NCBI GenBank assembly: GCA_965217895.1 | Contig: CBDCJV010000002.1 | Location: 1,632,001 to 1,696,000, forward strand | DNA: 64,000 nucleotides | Origin: Waterburya sp. | GTDB lineage: Bacteria > Cyanobacteriota > Cyanobacteriia > Cyanobacteriales > Xenococcaceae | Direction of reading: 5' to 3' | Part shown: positions 40,152-50,735 of the stretch, in pieces | Layout: each line of letters opens with the position of its first letter | Numbering within the stretch: the stretch's first letter is position 1 | Notes under the pieces: model-generated | Told to the model about the DNA's origin: nothing | The model's input: only the letters and a program-made list of their open reading frames with translations | The model's database searches: none | Made by a program: the position numbers and the translations under genes

Positions 40152-40184
40152 AAACCTTGACATTAATGTTAATGTATTTGGTTT
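40152..40184. promoter_or_regulatory. CoaR/MerR-type operator upstream of the ATPase
   Basis: AAACCTTGACATT-N6-AATGTATTTGGTTT hyphenated inverted repeat resembling the Synechocystis coaT operator; right arm degenerate. Confidence 0.6.
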
Positions 40185-40236
40185 CCTATCATCAAAAAAT
40201 GGCTCAGCATCCCCCACGCTCAAAATCAATTAAACT

Positions 40237-40270
40237 AAAAAAAAAGTTTCTACCTAGATATCGATAGAAC
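40237..40270 (-). terminator. Intrinsic terminator
   Basis: Minus strand GTTCTATC-GATATCTA-GGTAGAAAC followed by T9. Confidence 0.7.
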
Positions 40271-40862
40271 AAGATAGCAAGAACGCAATTTATTCGTAGC
40301 CAGCTTAATCAAAAATAGTTGTCACCCCGTGAGCTGAATTTGCCGTTATTTTCAGCTTACTACCTGTTTCTTATCCCAAACTCATGTCAATTGATTAACG
40401 TACTGCGATAAATGCACGAACCAATATTAAGAAAACGTCAGTTCGACGAAAACATTTAAGAGGTTTAGGAAAAGGTTCAAGAAAGGAAAAATCAAGCTCT
40501 TTTCTTTGAACCTTTTCTCCTATATTTAATCGATGATTTATGACCTATTAAACTAACGTAGAGCCACGCTCACGCAAGGGTCTTAAAACAGCACTATTCG
40601 GACGTTTTTAACTGCTAGGACACTCTTAAAGCCTGTAGTTTCCCACCAAGGCGCACTTGCGCATATCGTTTATGAGCGTGGGCTATACCAAATTTGGTTT
40701 CGCATCTAAAACCAGAACCACGCTGTTGTCGCCCGTCAAACTGAGGAAAGACCCCAACGTCGGCGCAAGACGCAAACAAAGGCTTTAGCCGCATGTAATG
40801 CTTTCCAATGTTGAACCCTTTAGGGAGTTGCTCGCCTTTACCTTTCCTCGATCTCAACTAGG
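40237..40862 (-). ncRNA. Candidate large structured non-coding RNA (~620 nt), unidentified
   Basis: TAAAAT -10 at 40874-40869, terminal terminator, several long-range and local stems, GC-richer than flanks, no credible ORF. Confidence 0.5.
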
Positions 40863-40913
40863 AAATTAATTTTACATAACTACTTATCTTTAATTGGTAA
40901 TACCTCATTTATG

Positions 40914-41192
40914 CTATGATAGTCTTTCACTAGAATTATTATTATCATTATTGTTTATTGGTAAAAGAGAGTTGGGCAGTTCTTCAAAATTGCGTTTTAC
41001 TGCCTTGCAAAATTGTCTCATTTGCGAAACTGTCATGGTAGGTTCAGCTTGTCCCTTTTCCCAGCGTCTAATAGTCGAGACTGCTACGCCGATTTCTCTA
41101 GCTAATTGTTCTTGAGAAAGCTTGACGTTTAATCTCAATCTTTTGAACGGAGAATTGGTTTCTTGATGCTGAGATTTTTTTGGTCTGGTCAT
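40914..41192 (-). CDS. XRE-family helix-turn-helix regulator
   Basis: LSQEQLAREIGVAVSTIRRWEKGQAEP. Confidence 0.9.
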   Translation of the reverse strand: MTRPKKSQHQETNSPFKRLRLNVKLSQEQLAREIGVAVSTIRRWEKGQAEPTMTVSQMRQFCKAVKRNFEELPNSLLPINNNDNNNSSERLS

Positions 41193-42062
41193 AGTAATAA
41201 ATTACGATAGAACTGGGTATAACAAATCTCAAACAGTGAACAATATACATATTGAATTTATTTTATTACAATATGCTATATATAGTGTAAAGCTAATAAC
41301 TAATGTTTTTTAGCTGCTACTAACTATAAACTCTGATGCTTATATGGCAATATAGTTTTGCGCTGCTGTTTAGATAAAATAAGAGTAATTACTGAATTAG
41401 AAAATATATTTGCCAAATACTATCAAATAAATAGCATTATTTAGCTCTAAAATAGATGAAGAAATAAATCTAGGGATAATAATCCGCTTTATTTATCCGT
41501 TCAATTTTGTCCTATATTAACAAATAAAAAAAATAACACTATTAGCAAAAACACCTAAATTTGTAAACTTTGATATTAAAGTCAATCTAATATTCAACCA
41601 TAAATCACGTAGCATACAGCGGATATATTTAAGTAAATTCAGTAATTATTCTGAAGCGGTTTATCAAACAAACTGATATCCAAACTTGAAAATAAACAAC
41701 TGATTGATAGTTATAAATAATTAATCTAAAAAATAATCAGCGTTGGCTGTTTTGCAAATTTACCTAATTTTTTAATGATTTAATAGAACTTAAGTTATTT
41801 AAGTTTTTTGGCTCTTAATAAGCATCGATACTTTTTATTTATTTAGGCAAATTTGCGTATTTTAAAACTAATTTCTTCTGCTGTTTAAAAACTATCTTAA
41901 TCATAAAGAATTAGAGTAATACAAACATCTATAAAACGTCTCAATTTGACCCTAGACTAAAGAGATAACAGAGACTCTAACTTTCGTTGCTCTGTTGAGT
42001 ATATATTTCTAAGACTTTAGCAACTGTTTATAAAGTAAATGTTAAGGATGGAAAAGTGTCGA

Positions 42063-42200
42063 AAATGGAGAGGCGGAGGAGTAGAAGAGATAGAGAAGTA
42101 TTATTCATCACCCCACTACCTTACAACTCTATTTACTCTTTACCGGTTTACTACCCAGTACTCCAAATACCTCATTACCCCAAATACGACCCTACCCAAC
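42063..42200. repeat. Degenerate short tandem repeats (purine block, then ~8-bp TACCCC-type units)
   Basis: Same style as 10362-10450. Confidence 0.45.
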
Positions 42201-42514
42201 GGCAAAAAATTTTATTTTCTTTTTATAAACAGTCTCTAATTAACAATACAGATGCTTGATTACGGTTCTTAAAATGGCTAATCAAAATATTAATAGTCGT
42301 AGAGAAAAGCTGCTTTTTTTTAGCAATGATGTAAATAAGCAGCTTGCTTCATGTTCTCAAAGTCAGTATTTTATACTGTAAAAATGTTGAGTTATTTATG
42401 GAGTTTCCCTATTAAGTTGGGTAGCTAAAAAAGTTTATTAGGATATAAGATGCTTGGTGTTTATTTTGCCATCTAAAAACCAACTGTTCCTAGCATTGCC
42501 TTAAAGCTACTAAA

Positions 42515-43240
42515 TTACTGATATTTAACAATTCGTGCAAAGTTAGCTGCTTCCAAGCTTGCTCCTCCGACTAATGCTCCATCAATTTCTGGCTGTGCCA
42601 TAATTTCGTCAATATTACCTGGTTTTACAGAACCGCCATACTGAATTGAAATATCTTTATTATCAAGCTGTTGGCGAATAATACCGATGACACGGTTTGC
42701 TTCTGTAGATTCGCAAGTATTGCCTGTACCAATCGCCCAAATTGGCTCATAAGCAATAATCAAATTACTTTGGTCTACTTCTAGCAAACCTTTTTTTAGC
42801 TGATTGATAATAACATTCTCTGTTTTACCAGCATCTTTCTGTTCTTTAGTTTCTCCAACGCAGAGAATAGGCTTTAGTTTGTATTTTTGAGCAGCCTTTA
42901 ATCGCCAGTTTACTGTCTCATCGGTTTCATTAAAATACTGTCGTCTCTCGCTGTGACCAATAACTACATAGTCTACGCCGATTTCAGTCAGCATTTCTCC
43001 TGAGATTTCTCCAGTGTAAGCACCTTCTAATTCCCAATGAACGTTTTGCGCACCCAGCTTGACTCTACTGCCATGTAAGTTTTTAGACATTACAGTAAGA
43101 GAGGTAAAAGGCGCACACAAAATAATTTCGCGATCTTCTGCGGTATCCTCAATCTCGGATTTGAACTCTTGCACAAATTTCAAGGACTCTGCCTGATTTT
43201 TGTGCATTTTCCAATTGCCAGCAATAACTATTTTTCGCAC
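42515..43240 (-). CDS. tpiA: Triosephosphate isomerase
   Basis: [36 protein letters not shown]. Confidence 0.98.
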   Translation of the reverse strand: MRKIVIAGNWKMHKNQAESLKFVQEFKSEIEDTAEDREIILCAPFTSLTVMSKNLHGSRVKLGAQNVHWELEGAYTGEISGEMLTEIGVDYVVIGHSERRQYFNETDETVNWRLKAAQKYKLKPILCVGETKEQKDAGKTENVIINQLKKGLLEVDQSNLIIAYEPIWAIGTGNTCESTEANRVIGIIRQQLDNKDISIQYGGSVKPGNIDEIMAQPEIDGALVGGASLEAANFARIVKYQ

Positions 43241-43594
43241 AATATAAAAAACATTTCAAATTCTCTGCAAATCTCAGTTTAAAGCTTTGTGGGGAGTTAA
43301 AGCTAGTACACCTAACTTTTGTTACACCTAACTTTTGGCAGCAAACCTCCTGGGCGATCCTTAGAGCCATTGTCGGCATTATGATAATTCACAGTGGTTT
43401 TACTTTCGATTCATACCTTAATTCAGCTAACTGGATCTGCAGTTACTGCCTCGAATAAATCTAAAATGCGATCGCCAACTTTACGATCTTTTTTTGCCCA
43501 CCAAATTATAGATAGTTAAATTATTTTACCTCCAGAATTGCGATGGGCATCGCGATGATAATCTGTAGTAGCGATCGCACTGCCCTAAATGTTC

Positions 43595-44674
43595 CTAAGC
43601 AATAGTTACCTCATCAGACAAATAAACATCCTGTATGGCATGAAACAACTCGATCCCTTCTGCCATAGGACGTTGAAAAGTCTTTCTGCCAGAAATTAAA
43701 CCACAACCACCAGCCCGCTTGTTAATTACTGCCGTACGTACGGCATCAGCAAAATCATTATCTCCAGAAGAACCACCAGAATTGATCAAACCACTACGCC
43801 CTGCATAGCAATTGAGTACTTGATAGCGAGTCAAATCAATCGGATGATCGCTGGATAATTTACTGTAGACTAAATCATCGGTACGACCATATTTTTCGCC
43901 CGTAGCTTTTGCCACTGCGGCATAACCACCGTTACATTCAGGCAGTTTTTGCTTAATAATATCAGCTTCAATGGTTACACCTATGTGATTAGCTTGTCCC
44001 GTAAGATCTGCTGCTAGATGATAGTCTTTGTCCTGTTTAAAAGCGTCATTGCGCAGATAACACCAGAGAATAGTTGCCATACCTAATTTATGTGCCTTAG
44101 CAAAGGCTTTGCTGACTTCTTGTATCTGGCGAGATGATTCTGGCGAACCAAAATAGATAGTTGCACCTACGGCAACGGCACCTAAATTCCATGCTTGCTC
44201 AACGCTACCAAACATAATTTCATCTGACGGGTTGGGGTAGGTAAGCAACTCGTTATGGTTGAGTTTGACAATAAAAGGAATACGGTGGGCGTATCTGCGG
44301 GACATCATGCCTAATACACCTAAAGTAGTGGCAACAGCATTACAGCCACTTTCTAAAGCCAATTTAACGATGTTTTCGGGGTCAAAATAGATCGGGTTGG
44401 GGGCAAAGGATGCCGCCCCAGAATGCTCTATTCCTTGGTCTACAGGTAAAATAGACAAGTAGCCAGTATTCGCTAGCCTTCCACTAGAATATAGCTGTTG
44501 CAGACTGCGAAGCACCTGAGAATTGCGATCGCTATTGACAAAAATTCGCTCAACGCAGTCGCCTCCAGGCAGGTGCAGCATATCTTGAGACACCTTTGAC
44601 TTGTAGGTTAGTAAGTCGTTGGTTTCGTTACCTAATATAGACTCAAGATTGGAAGGAGAAAAAGTGGTAGTCAT
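43595..44674 (-). CDS. fbaB: Class I fructose-bisphosphate aldolase
   Basis: [29 protein letters not shown]. Confidence 0.95.
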   Translation of the reverse strand: MTTTFSPSNLESILGNETNDLLTYKSKVSQDMLHLPGGDCVERIFVNSDRNSQVLRSLQQLYSSGRLANTGYLSILPVDQGIEHSGAASFAPNPIYFDPENIVKLALESGCNAVATTLGVLGMMSRRYAHRIPFIVKLNHNELLTYPNPSDEIMFGSVEQAWNLGAVAVGATIYFGSPESSRQIQEVSKAFAKAHKLGMATILWCYLRNDAFKQDKDYHLAADLTGQANHIGVTIEADIIKQKLPECNGGYAAVAKATGEKYGRTDDLVYSKLSSDHPIDLTRYQVLNCYAGRSGLINSGGSSGDNDFADAVRTAVINKRAGGCGLISGRKTFQRPMAEGIELFHAIQDVYLSDEVTIA

Positions 44675-44999
44675 AGCTTTTTTTCAAAAATTTACTTACT
44701 TACAGCTTATTGTTACTACTGCTGATAGTTTTTTTGTTCCTTCGTAAGATAGTTTTATGATTGTTGACTGCGTTTTTTACTGTCGGCTTACAAGAAGGAT
44801 GGCTTGAATATCAATTTAACTCTCGCCCATAAACTTAGTTTACGATCGAGTTATCAAAAATATCTACCGTCTAAAAAATATTTAAAATATCTAACTTACT
44901 TAATAGCATGACATCTTTAATAAGCGATCCTCTTATAGTACCCTTATTTTTATTAGGCTTAGTAGTAATTGCAGCCATATATTTTGCCAATCAAACCTA

Positions 45000-46067
45000 A
45001 TGTCAGAAATACGCGGAGTTTGGATTGCTAATCGTCCTCATAGTCAAGTTTTAGAGTCACGGGCAAACATTGCTGAGGCGATGAATTTTTTACAAGCTTA
45101 TGGATTTAATTTAATTTTTCCTGTGGTTTGGAATCGGGGCTACACTCTTTATCCAAGTCAAGTAATGAGTAAATATAATTTACCCGCCATCGAGCCTTTC
45201 TACGAACAACAGCAACGAGATCCTTTAGCAGAAATCGTTATCGAGGCTCATCAGCGCAACATTAAAGTTATTCCCTGGCTAGAATATGGCTTTGCTGCTT
45301 CTCATCTGCTCGACGGGGGACATATTTTGCAACAATACCCTCAATGGCAAGCCATAGATAAAGATGGCGCAGGGGTAAGACAGGGCAGCTTAACTTGGAT
45401 GAATGCTTTTGACCCCCAAGTGCAGCAGTTTATGCTGTCAATCATCACTGAAATTGTCAGTAATTATAGTATAGATGGAATCCAAGGATGCGATCGCCTT
45501 CCCGCTTCTCCTGTAAATTCTGGCTACGATCGCAAAACTACTCAGCAATATCAAACAGCCTTCAATAAACAACCACCCAGCAATTTTCAAGATCGACTCT
45601 GGATACAGTGGCGTGCAGATAAGCTTACTGACTTTTTGGCTAGAGTATATCAAGAAGTTAAAGCAATTAAACCCCAAATAATTGTTTCTTTATCCCCTGC
45701 GGTATATCCTTTTTGTTTGAGCAACTTGCTCCAAGATTACCCAGCTTGGATAGCTAAGGGTTTAGTAGATATTATTCATCCCCAGATATATCGCCCTAAT
45801 TTCTTGGGCTACAGTCAAGAAGTAAAAAAAATATGTCAGACTTTTAAGGGCGATTCATTAGCCAAATTTGCTCCAGGAATTGCCTTTACTGCTAATGGCA
45901 AAGATATTACCACTAAAGATTTAATTAAGTGTATCAAAGCTAATCGCGGTCGCCATTTAAATGGACAAGTCTTTTTCCATTATGAAGGCTTGCGTAAAAA
46001 TAACGATCAAGTTGCGATCGCTTTATCTAAATCTGCTGGTTATGATCCCATAACCAGTCTACTATAA
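45000..46067 (+). CDS. GHL10/DUF187 glycoside hydrolase
   Basis: EIRGVWI, FPVVWNRGYTLYPS, IPWLEYG, DGIQGCD. Confidence 0.88.
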   Translation: MSEIRGVWIANRPHSQVLESRANIAEAMNFLQAYGFNLIFPVVWNRGYTLYPSQVMSKYNLPAIEPFYEQQQRDPLAEIVIEAHQRNIKVIPWLEYGFAASHLLDGGHILQQYPQWQAIDKDGAGVRQGSLTWMNAFDPQVQQFMLSIITEIVSNYSIDGIQGCDRLPASPVNSGYDRKTTQQYQTAFNKQPPSNFQDRLWIQWRADKLTDFLARVYQEVKAIKPQIIVSLSPAVYPFCLSNLLQDYPAWIAKGLVDIIHPQIYRPNFLGYSQEVKKICQTFKGDSLAKFAPGIAFTANGKDITTKDLIKCIKANRGRHLNGQVFFHYEGLRKNNDQVAIALSKSAGYDPITSLL

Positions 46068-46100
46068 TTGTTCGCCAAAACAACTTCAAAATATCCGCGT

Positions 46101-47042
46101 TTACATAAACTTAGCCAGGCGTTTTGGATCTAAGCAGTTTTTTTGTCTTTGATTAATAGTGCCATTAATAATATCCCACTGTTCAGGAGAGATTTTTCTA
46201 CCATTCCAAACTACTTGGGGAGTAGTGGATGTATAACAAAAAGTTATTGAAAAACGTTCGTCCAAAGTAGGAGGTTGAGCGCGATGAAAAACACTAGCAG
46301 TATCGCTAATTATGACCGTTCCTTTTTTAGCTAAACAAGTAGTCCAATCGGATTTTGCTACTGCCGTTGCCATTCTTTCATCAGATACATAGCCCATATT
46401 ATAATAATTCAGTTTTTTAACCGCTTCAGAGGTTAAGTCACGATTAATATATTCATAAGCACCACCTCCAGCAACTACATCGTTGAGATAAATAATAATT
46501 TTAATAGTACGACGATCTTCAAAATCGATATGCCATCGTCTAACACCTGAGTATTGACCATCAGCAATACTTCTACGCATTGCAAAAAACTGATAAAGTA
46601 TCGGCAAGCCAATATAATTTTCAGCTATATCCAGTAGTTTTGGCTCTAATGCCCAAAATAATATTTCTGAAAATTCTCTTAAATCTTCTCGACTAGAGCC
46701 AACTTCACAGCCATTGCCAGAATCTGCCTTGGATAGTGGATTCTTAAGCTTGTTTGCCAAAGAAAATGCTGTTCGCATCATTTCCTCTGTTGAAGGCAAT
46801 GCTAAATCCTCTACAGGAATCATGCAAGAGCCTTCTTCCCGCAAAGCTTTCACAATTGAAAGACCTTGGTCATCAAGTTCAGGTAAAAACGGAGTGTAAG
46901 TATTAAGGGCTGTTTGGTATGCTTGTTCCTGTATGGTCTGTAAGAGAGGTAATTTATAAAATTCTCGCTTTAGCTTGCGAGGAATGTTTTTTACCTTACC
47001 AGAAATATAAGACAAGTTATTAGCAGATGTTTTCATGAACAT
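46101..47042 (-). CDS. 2OG-Fe(II) oxygenase-like protein
   Basis: WHIDFED (HxD), IIIYLNDV, FHRA, R.S. Confidence 0.75.
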   Translation of the reverse strand: MFMKTSANNLSYISGKVKNIPRKLKREFYKLPLLQTIQEQAYQTALNTYTPFLPELDDQGLSIVKALREEGSCMIPVEDLALPSTEEMMRTAFSLANKLKNPLSKADSGNGCEVGSSREDLREFSEILFWALEPKLLDIAENYIGLPILYQFFAMRRSIADGQYSGVRRWHIDFEDRRTIKIIIYLNDVVAGGGAYEYINRDLTSEAVKKLNYYNMGYVSDERMATAVAKSDWTTCLAKKGTVIISDTASVFHRAQPPTLDERFSITFCYTSTTPQVVWNGRKISPEQWDIINGTINQRQKNCLDPKRLAKFM

Positions 47043-47656
47043 AAGTCAAGAATAAAAATAAATCTATGGGCTAATAGTTTGTGTTTTTTGGACTGTAACT
47101 AGTAACTAAAAGCTGTTTAAACAATTGCACTACTACATTTAAAAGATTTGTTTGATTAAGCTAATGCTTCACCAATTAATCTTGAAATAGCGTTATCATT
47201 GACCAACTTTGTATCCTATTGCTACATATTTCGTAACAACTTCGCGATCTCAAATATACAGATATTTTCCCTAAATTGTGAACCCCTTTACAAAAGCTTT
47301 GCAAACTTCTTCATCAAGCCAACAAAATCAATTTTGATTTGATTACTTATACCTATTGTCAATAGCTGTCTCAATCAAAAAATACAGGTACATTATCTTG
47401 ACGAATCTAGTATTGATCGGCTAAAACCTGGAAAAGAACAGTCTTTCGGCTTTCACTATCAGTCTATCTTCTGAAGCGATAACTCGCCTGCAAAAATAAG
47501 ACAATTGATCATTAAAACTGGATTTACATTGCTATTCAATTATTTACAGTATCAAAGTAACTAGTTAAATTAAGCGTTACAACAATACAACACTTCCTAA
47601 AATTTAGCGGTTATTTAAACTGCTTTTTTTAAGTTTAACAATCAATCTATCAATCT

Positions 47657-48544
47657 ATGAAATTTATATCTTGTCTGTCTCGATGCGCCCTCTTCTCTGC
47701 CAGCTTTCTTAGTTTGACTACTGTTTTTTCTCTAGTACCTGTTTTTGCTAATACAGCCATTAGTCGTGACAGTAGTTTGAATTCAATTGAAGCTCTTACT
47801 GCTCCTGAAAATCATACTTTAGGTATTTGCTCTAATCAAATTGAACCAGTAATTAATCAAATTATTGAACGCCCAGACATTGATAAGGGCAAATGGGCTA
47901 TTTTAGTCCAATCTTTGGGTGGAACAAATATATATAGTCATAATCCCGATTCTTATATGGTTCCTGCCTCAAATATTAAGCTACTGGTTACTGCTGCTGC
48001 TTTACAAAAATTTAGTCTCAACGAACAAATTGAATCTACGTCAATTCGAGATTGGATTACTGTTACTAACCAGAGAAGTAATAATGACTATGCAAATGTA
48101 CTACTGGCTCACCTAGGTGGCTTTTCTTCGGTTGAGCAAGCTTTAACAAATTTAGGGATTGATGCTAATGGCTATCGTCTGCGGGATGGGTCTGGCTTAT
48201 CCCATAATAATTTGGCAACCCCCAGAACTTTGGTGTCTACACTAAGAGCGATGTCTTATGCACGAGGCAATGATGTTTTTTTGGCTTCTCTCCCCGTGGC
48301 AGGAATTAGCGGTACTTTAAAAAATCGCTTGCGCCATACTACCGCCGAAGGCACCGTAAGAGCAAAAACTGGAACTCTTAGAGGAGTAAGAGCCTTGTCT
48401 GGTTATATCGATCACCCAGAATATGGCACTCTTGTTTTTAGCATCATTACTAATCAATCAACTAGTCAACCTAGTTCTCCTGTTGTGCAAGCGATTGATG
48501 ATATTGTTTTGAGCTTGAGTACTCTAACTAATTGCCAAAATTAA
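47657..48544 (+). CDS. dacB: D-Ala-D-Ala carboxypeptidase/endopeptidase (peptidase S13, short form)
   Basis: PASNIK (SxxK), SNN, DGSGLS, AKTGTL. Confidence 0.88.
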   Translation: MKFISCLSRCALFSASFLSLTTVFSLVPVFANTAISRDSSLNSIEALTAPENHTLGICSNQIEPVINQIIERPDIDKGKWAILVQSLGGTNIYSHNPDSYMVPASNIKLLVTAAALQKFSLNEQIESTSIRDWITVTNQRSNNDYANVLLAHLGGFSSVEQALTNLGIDANGYRLRDGSGLSHNNLATPRTLVSTLRAMSYARGNDVFLASLPVAGISGTLKNRLRHTTAEGTVRAKTGTLRGVRALSGYIDHPEYGTLVFSIITNQSTSQPSSPVVQAIDDIVLSLSTLTNCQN

Positions 48545-48607
48545 TTTAATCGAGAACAGCTTTTATTAAGTTGTGTAACAATATTAGCGTCAAACCGTCT
48601 TAGCATC

Positions 48608-48636
48608 TTGACAGAATAATTCTAAGTAGGTAAATT
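48608..48636 (+). promoter_or_regulatory. Sigma70-type promoter of the ycf46 operon
   Basis: TTGACA-17 bp-TAAATT. Confidence 0.6.
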
Positions 48637-48672
48637 AACATATATACCTGGGTAATTATTAAACTTAATGAT

Positions 48673-49023
48673 ATGCAAAGTAAGCAGAAAGTAACTCTAT
48701 ATATACCTCCAGAACTGCACAAAAAGTTAAAGATCAAGGCAGCTATAGACACGGAGTCTATGTCAGCACTCGTAGAGAGAGCGATCGCTTTTTATATGCG
48801 GTATCCTGACAAAATAGAGGAGATTGAAGCTTTTAGCCAAGGAAAAACCCACCAGCTTCATTTTTGCCCAGAATGCGAAGAGCCGATGGTGATGCGAAGA
48901 GGAAAAATGATGTCTTTAAATAATCAAGATGTAGTGTCAGCAAATGACGACATCGCGCTCAAGGTAACTGGCAAAGCGGAAAGTCAGGGCGAATCGAATG
49001 AAGAATTAGTCTCCTGTTTATAG
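48673..49023 (+). CDS. Ribbon-helix-helix protein with a CxxC motif (first gene of the ycf46 operon)
   Basis: KQKVTLYIPPELHKKLKIKAA..CPEC; conserved position before ycf46. Confidence 0.8.
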   Translation: MQSKQKVTLYIPPELHKKLKIKAAIDTESMSALVERAIAFYMRYPDKIEEIEAFSQGKTHQLHFCPECEEPMVMRRGKMMSLNNQDVVSANDDIALKVTGKAESQGESNEELVSCL

Positions 49024-49089
49024 AGAAGACTAATCAGTAGCAGTAGGGAAAGGCTTTAAGAAAGAACTAAATTTCAGCAGGGTCGAATT

Positions 49090-50601
49090 ATGAAAGAAGA
49101 GCTAAATATTCTCGTACAGGCTCAATATCCGTTAATATACCTCATCACGCCCGAAGAGGAGCGTGCGGAGCAAGCGGTTTCTAAAATCGCAAAGGACAAT
49201 GCTGAATACCGAAAAGTGTTTGTTTGGACTGTAACTCGTGGCATGGTCGAATATGGTCAGCCTCGTCAAGCAACGCAGCACAATACAGTTTCTCCCGAAG
49301 CAGCTATCGAATGGACAATCAGACAAAAAGAGTCTGGGGTTTATATCTTTAAAGATTTACATCCATTTATAGATGGTCCAGTTATCACTAGATGGCTAAG
49401 AGATGCGATCGCTGATTTTAAAGATTCAGACAAAGTTATTATCTTAATGTCTCCCGTACAGACGCTACCAATAGAACTAGAGAAAGAAGCTGTAGTATTA
49501 GACTATCCTTTGCCTAACCTAGCAGAACTTAACCAGGTGCTTTCTGCTAGATTGTCTAAAGGCAAGAAAAGCAATATAGATACTGAAACCAGAGAAAAGC
49601 TACTTAAAGCTGCTTTGGGTTTGACCAAAGATGAAGCCGAAAAAGTATATCGCAAGGCACAGGTAAAGGCTGGTCGTTTAACAGAAAGTGAAGTTGACAT
49701 TGTTCTTTCTGAAAAGAAGCAGTTAATTCGTCGTAACGGAATTTTAGAATATATTGAAGAAGATGAAACTATCAATTCTGTTGGTGGCTTAGAAGAGCTT
49801 AAAGGTTGGCTGAGACAGCGTTCTAATGCTTTTACGGAAAGGGCTAGAGAGTATGGTCTGCCTCAACCCAAAGGAATGCTAATTCTGGGTATTCCTGGCT
49901 GTGGTAAATCTTTAATTGCCAAAACTACCTCCCGCCTTTGGGGTCTACCCTTACTACGTTTGGACATGGGTAGAGTTTATGATGGTTCAACGGTTGGTCG
50001 CTCTGAGGCTAATCTCCGCAATGCACTTAAGACCGCTGAATCAATTTCTCCTGTAATTTTATTTATTGACGAACTAGATAAAGCTTTTTCAGGCGGTGGA
50101 GGTTCAGGGGATTCCGATGGCGGTACTTCTGGGCGCATATTTGGCTCTTTTCTAACCTGGATGCAGGAGAAGAAATCCCCTGTGTTTGTGATGGCTACGG
50201 CAAATAGAGTAGAAAGATTGCCTGGAGAGTTTCTCAGAAAAGGAAGATTTGACGAAATATTTTTTGTAGATCTACCTAATTCTGCTGAAAGACAAGATAT
50301 TTTTAGAATTCATCTTGGAAAAAGACGTTCAGATATCACTCGCTTCGATATTGAACAGTTAACCAAGGTATCAGATGGTTTTTCGGGTGCAGAGATTGAG
50401 CAAGCGATCATCGCCGCAATGTACGATGCTTTTGCTCAAGACAGGGAGTTTACGCAGCTAGACATTATCGCTGCGATCAAAGCTACCTTACCTCTGTCTC
50501 GAACAATGACTGAGCAGGTAACAGCCCTAAGAGATTGGGCTGGGCAAAGAGCCAGACCGGCATCAGCCTCCGTTGCTGAATATCAGCGACTGGAGTTCTA
50601 A
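49090..50601 (+). CDS. ycf46: Ycf46-family AAA ATPase
   Basis: GIPGCGKS, FIDELDK, LRKGRFDEIFF. Confidence 0.9.
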   Translation: MKEELNILVQAQYPLIYLITPEEERAEQAVSKIAKDNAEYRKVFVWTVTRGMVEYGQPRQATQHNTVSPEAAIEWTIRQKESGVYIFKDLHPFIDGPVITRWLRDAIADFKDSDKVIILMSPVQTLPIELEKEAVVLDYPLPNLAELNQVLSARLSKGKKSNIDTETREKLLKAALGLTKDEAEKVYRKAQVKAGRLTESEVDIVLSEKKQLIRRNGILEYIEEDETINSVGGLEELKGWLRQRSNAFTERAREYGLPQPKGMLILGIPGCGKSLIAKTTSRLWGLPLLRLDMGRVYDGSTVGRSEANLRNALKTAESISPVILFIDELDKAFSGGGGSGDSDGGTSGRIFGSFLTWMQEKKSPVFVMATANRVERLPGEFLRKGRFDEIFFVDLPNSAERQDIFRIHLGKRRSDITRFDIEQLTKVSDGFSGAEIEQAIIAAMYDAFAQDREFTQLDIIAAIKATLPLSRTMTEQVTALRDWAGQRARPASASVAEYQRLEF

Positions 50602-50735
50602 CAGGCTTTCTTCTATGGGTTATTTAAATCCATAGAAGCAGAGGCTAGCAATTGCTAGCAGTTTATAATAATCCGTCAGTGACGGTTATTGATTTTAAAG
50701 TTGTTGTTTACTTCTCTTCTACTGGAGGAAATCTT

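Noticed and set aside
40615..40857. 80-aa ORF inside the structured region
   Set aside because: TTG start, no RBS, no recognisable motif; better explained as a by-product of GC-rich stems.
40237..40862. Identification as RNase P RNA, tmRNA, group II intron or HEARO RNA
   Set aside because: GAGGAAAG lacks the following TCC and the ACAGAA..CGGCTTA end; no tag ORF or tRNA-like ends; GTGCG is present but there is no domain V; CTACGTTA is present but no other HEARO features or IscB gene.
42039..42259. Two overlapping short ORFs
   Set aside because: They run through low-complexity tandem repeats and have no protein-like features.
41193..42514. Replication origin
   Set aside because: No clustered DnaA boxes seen, and no dnaA/dnaN nearby.
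47210..47226. TGTA..TACA as an NtcA site
   Set aside because: The spacer is 9 nt.
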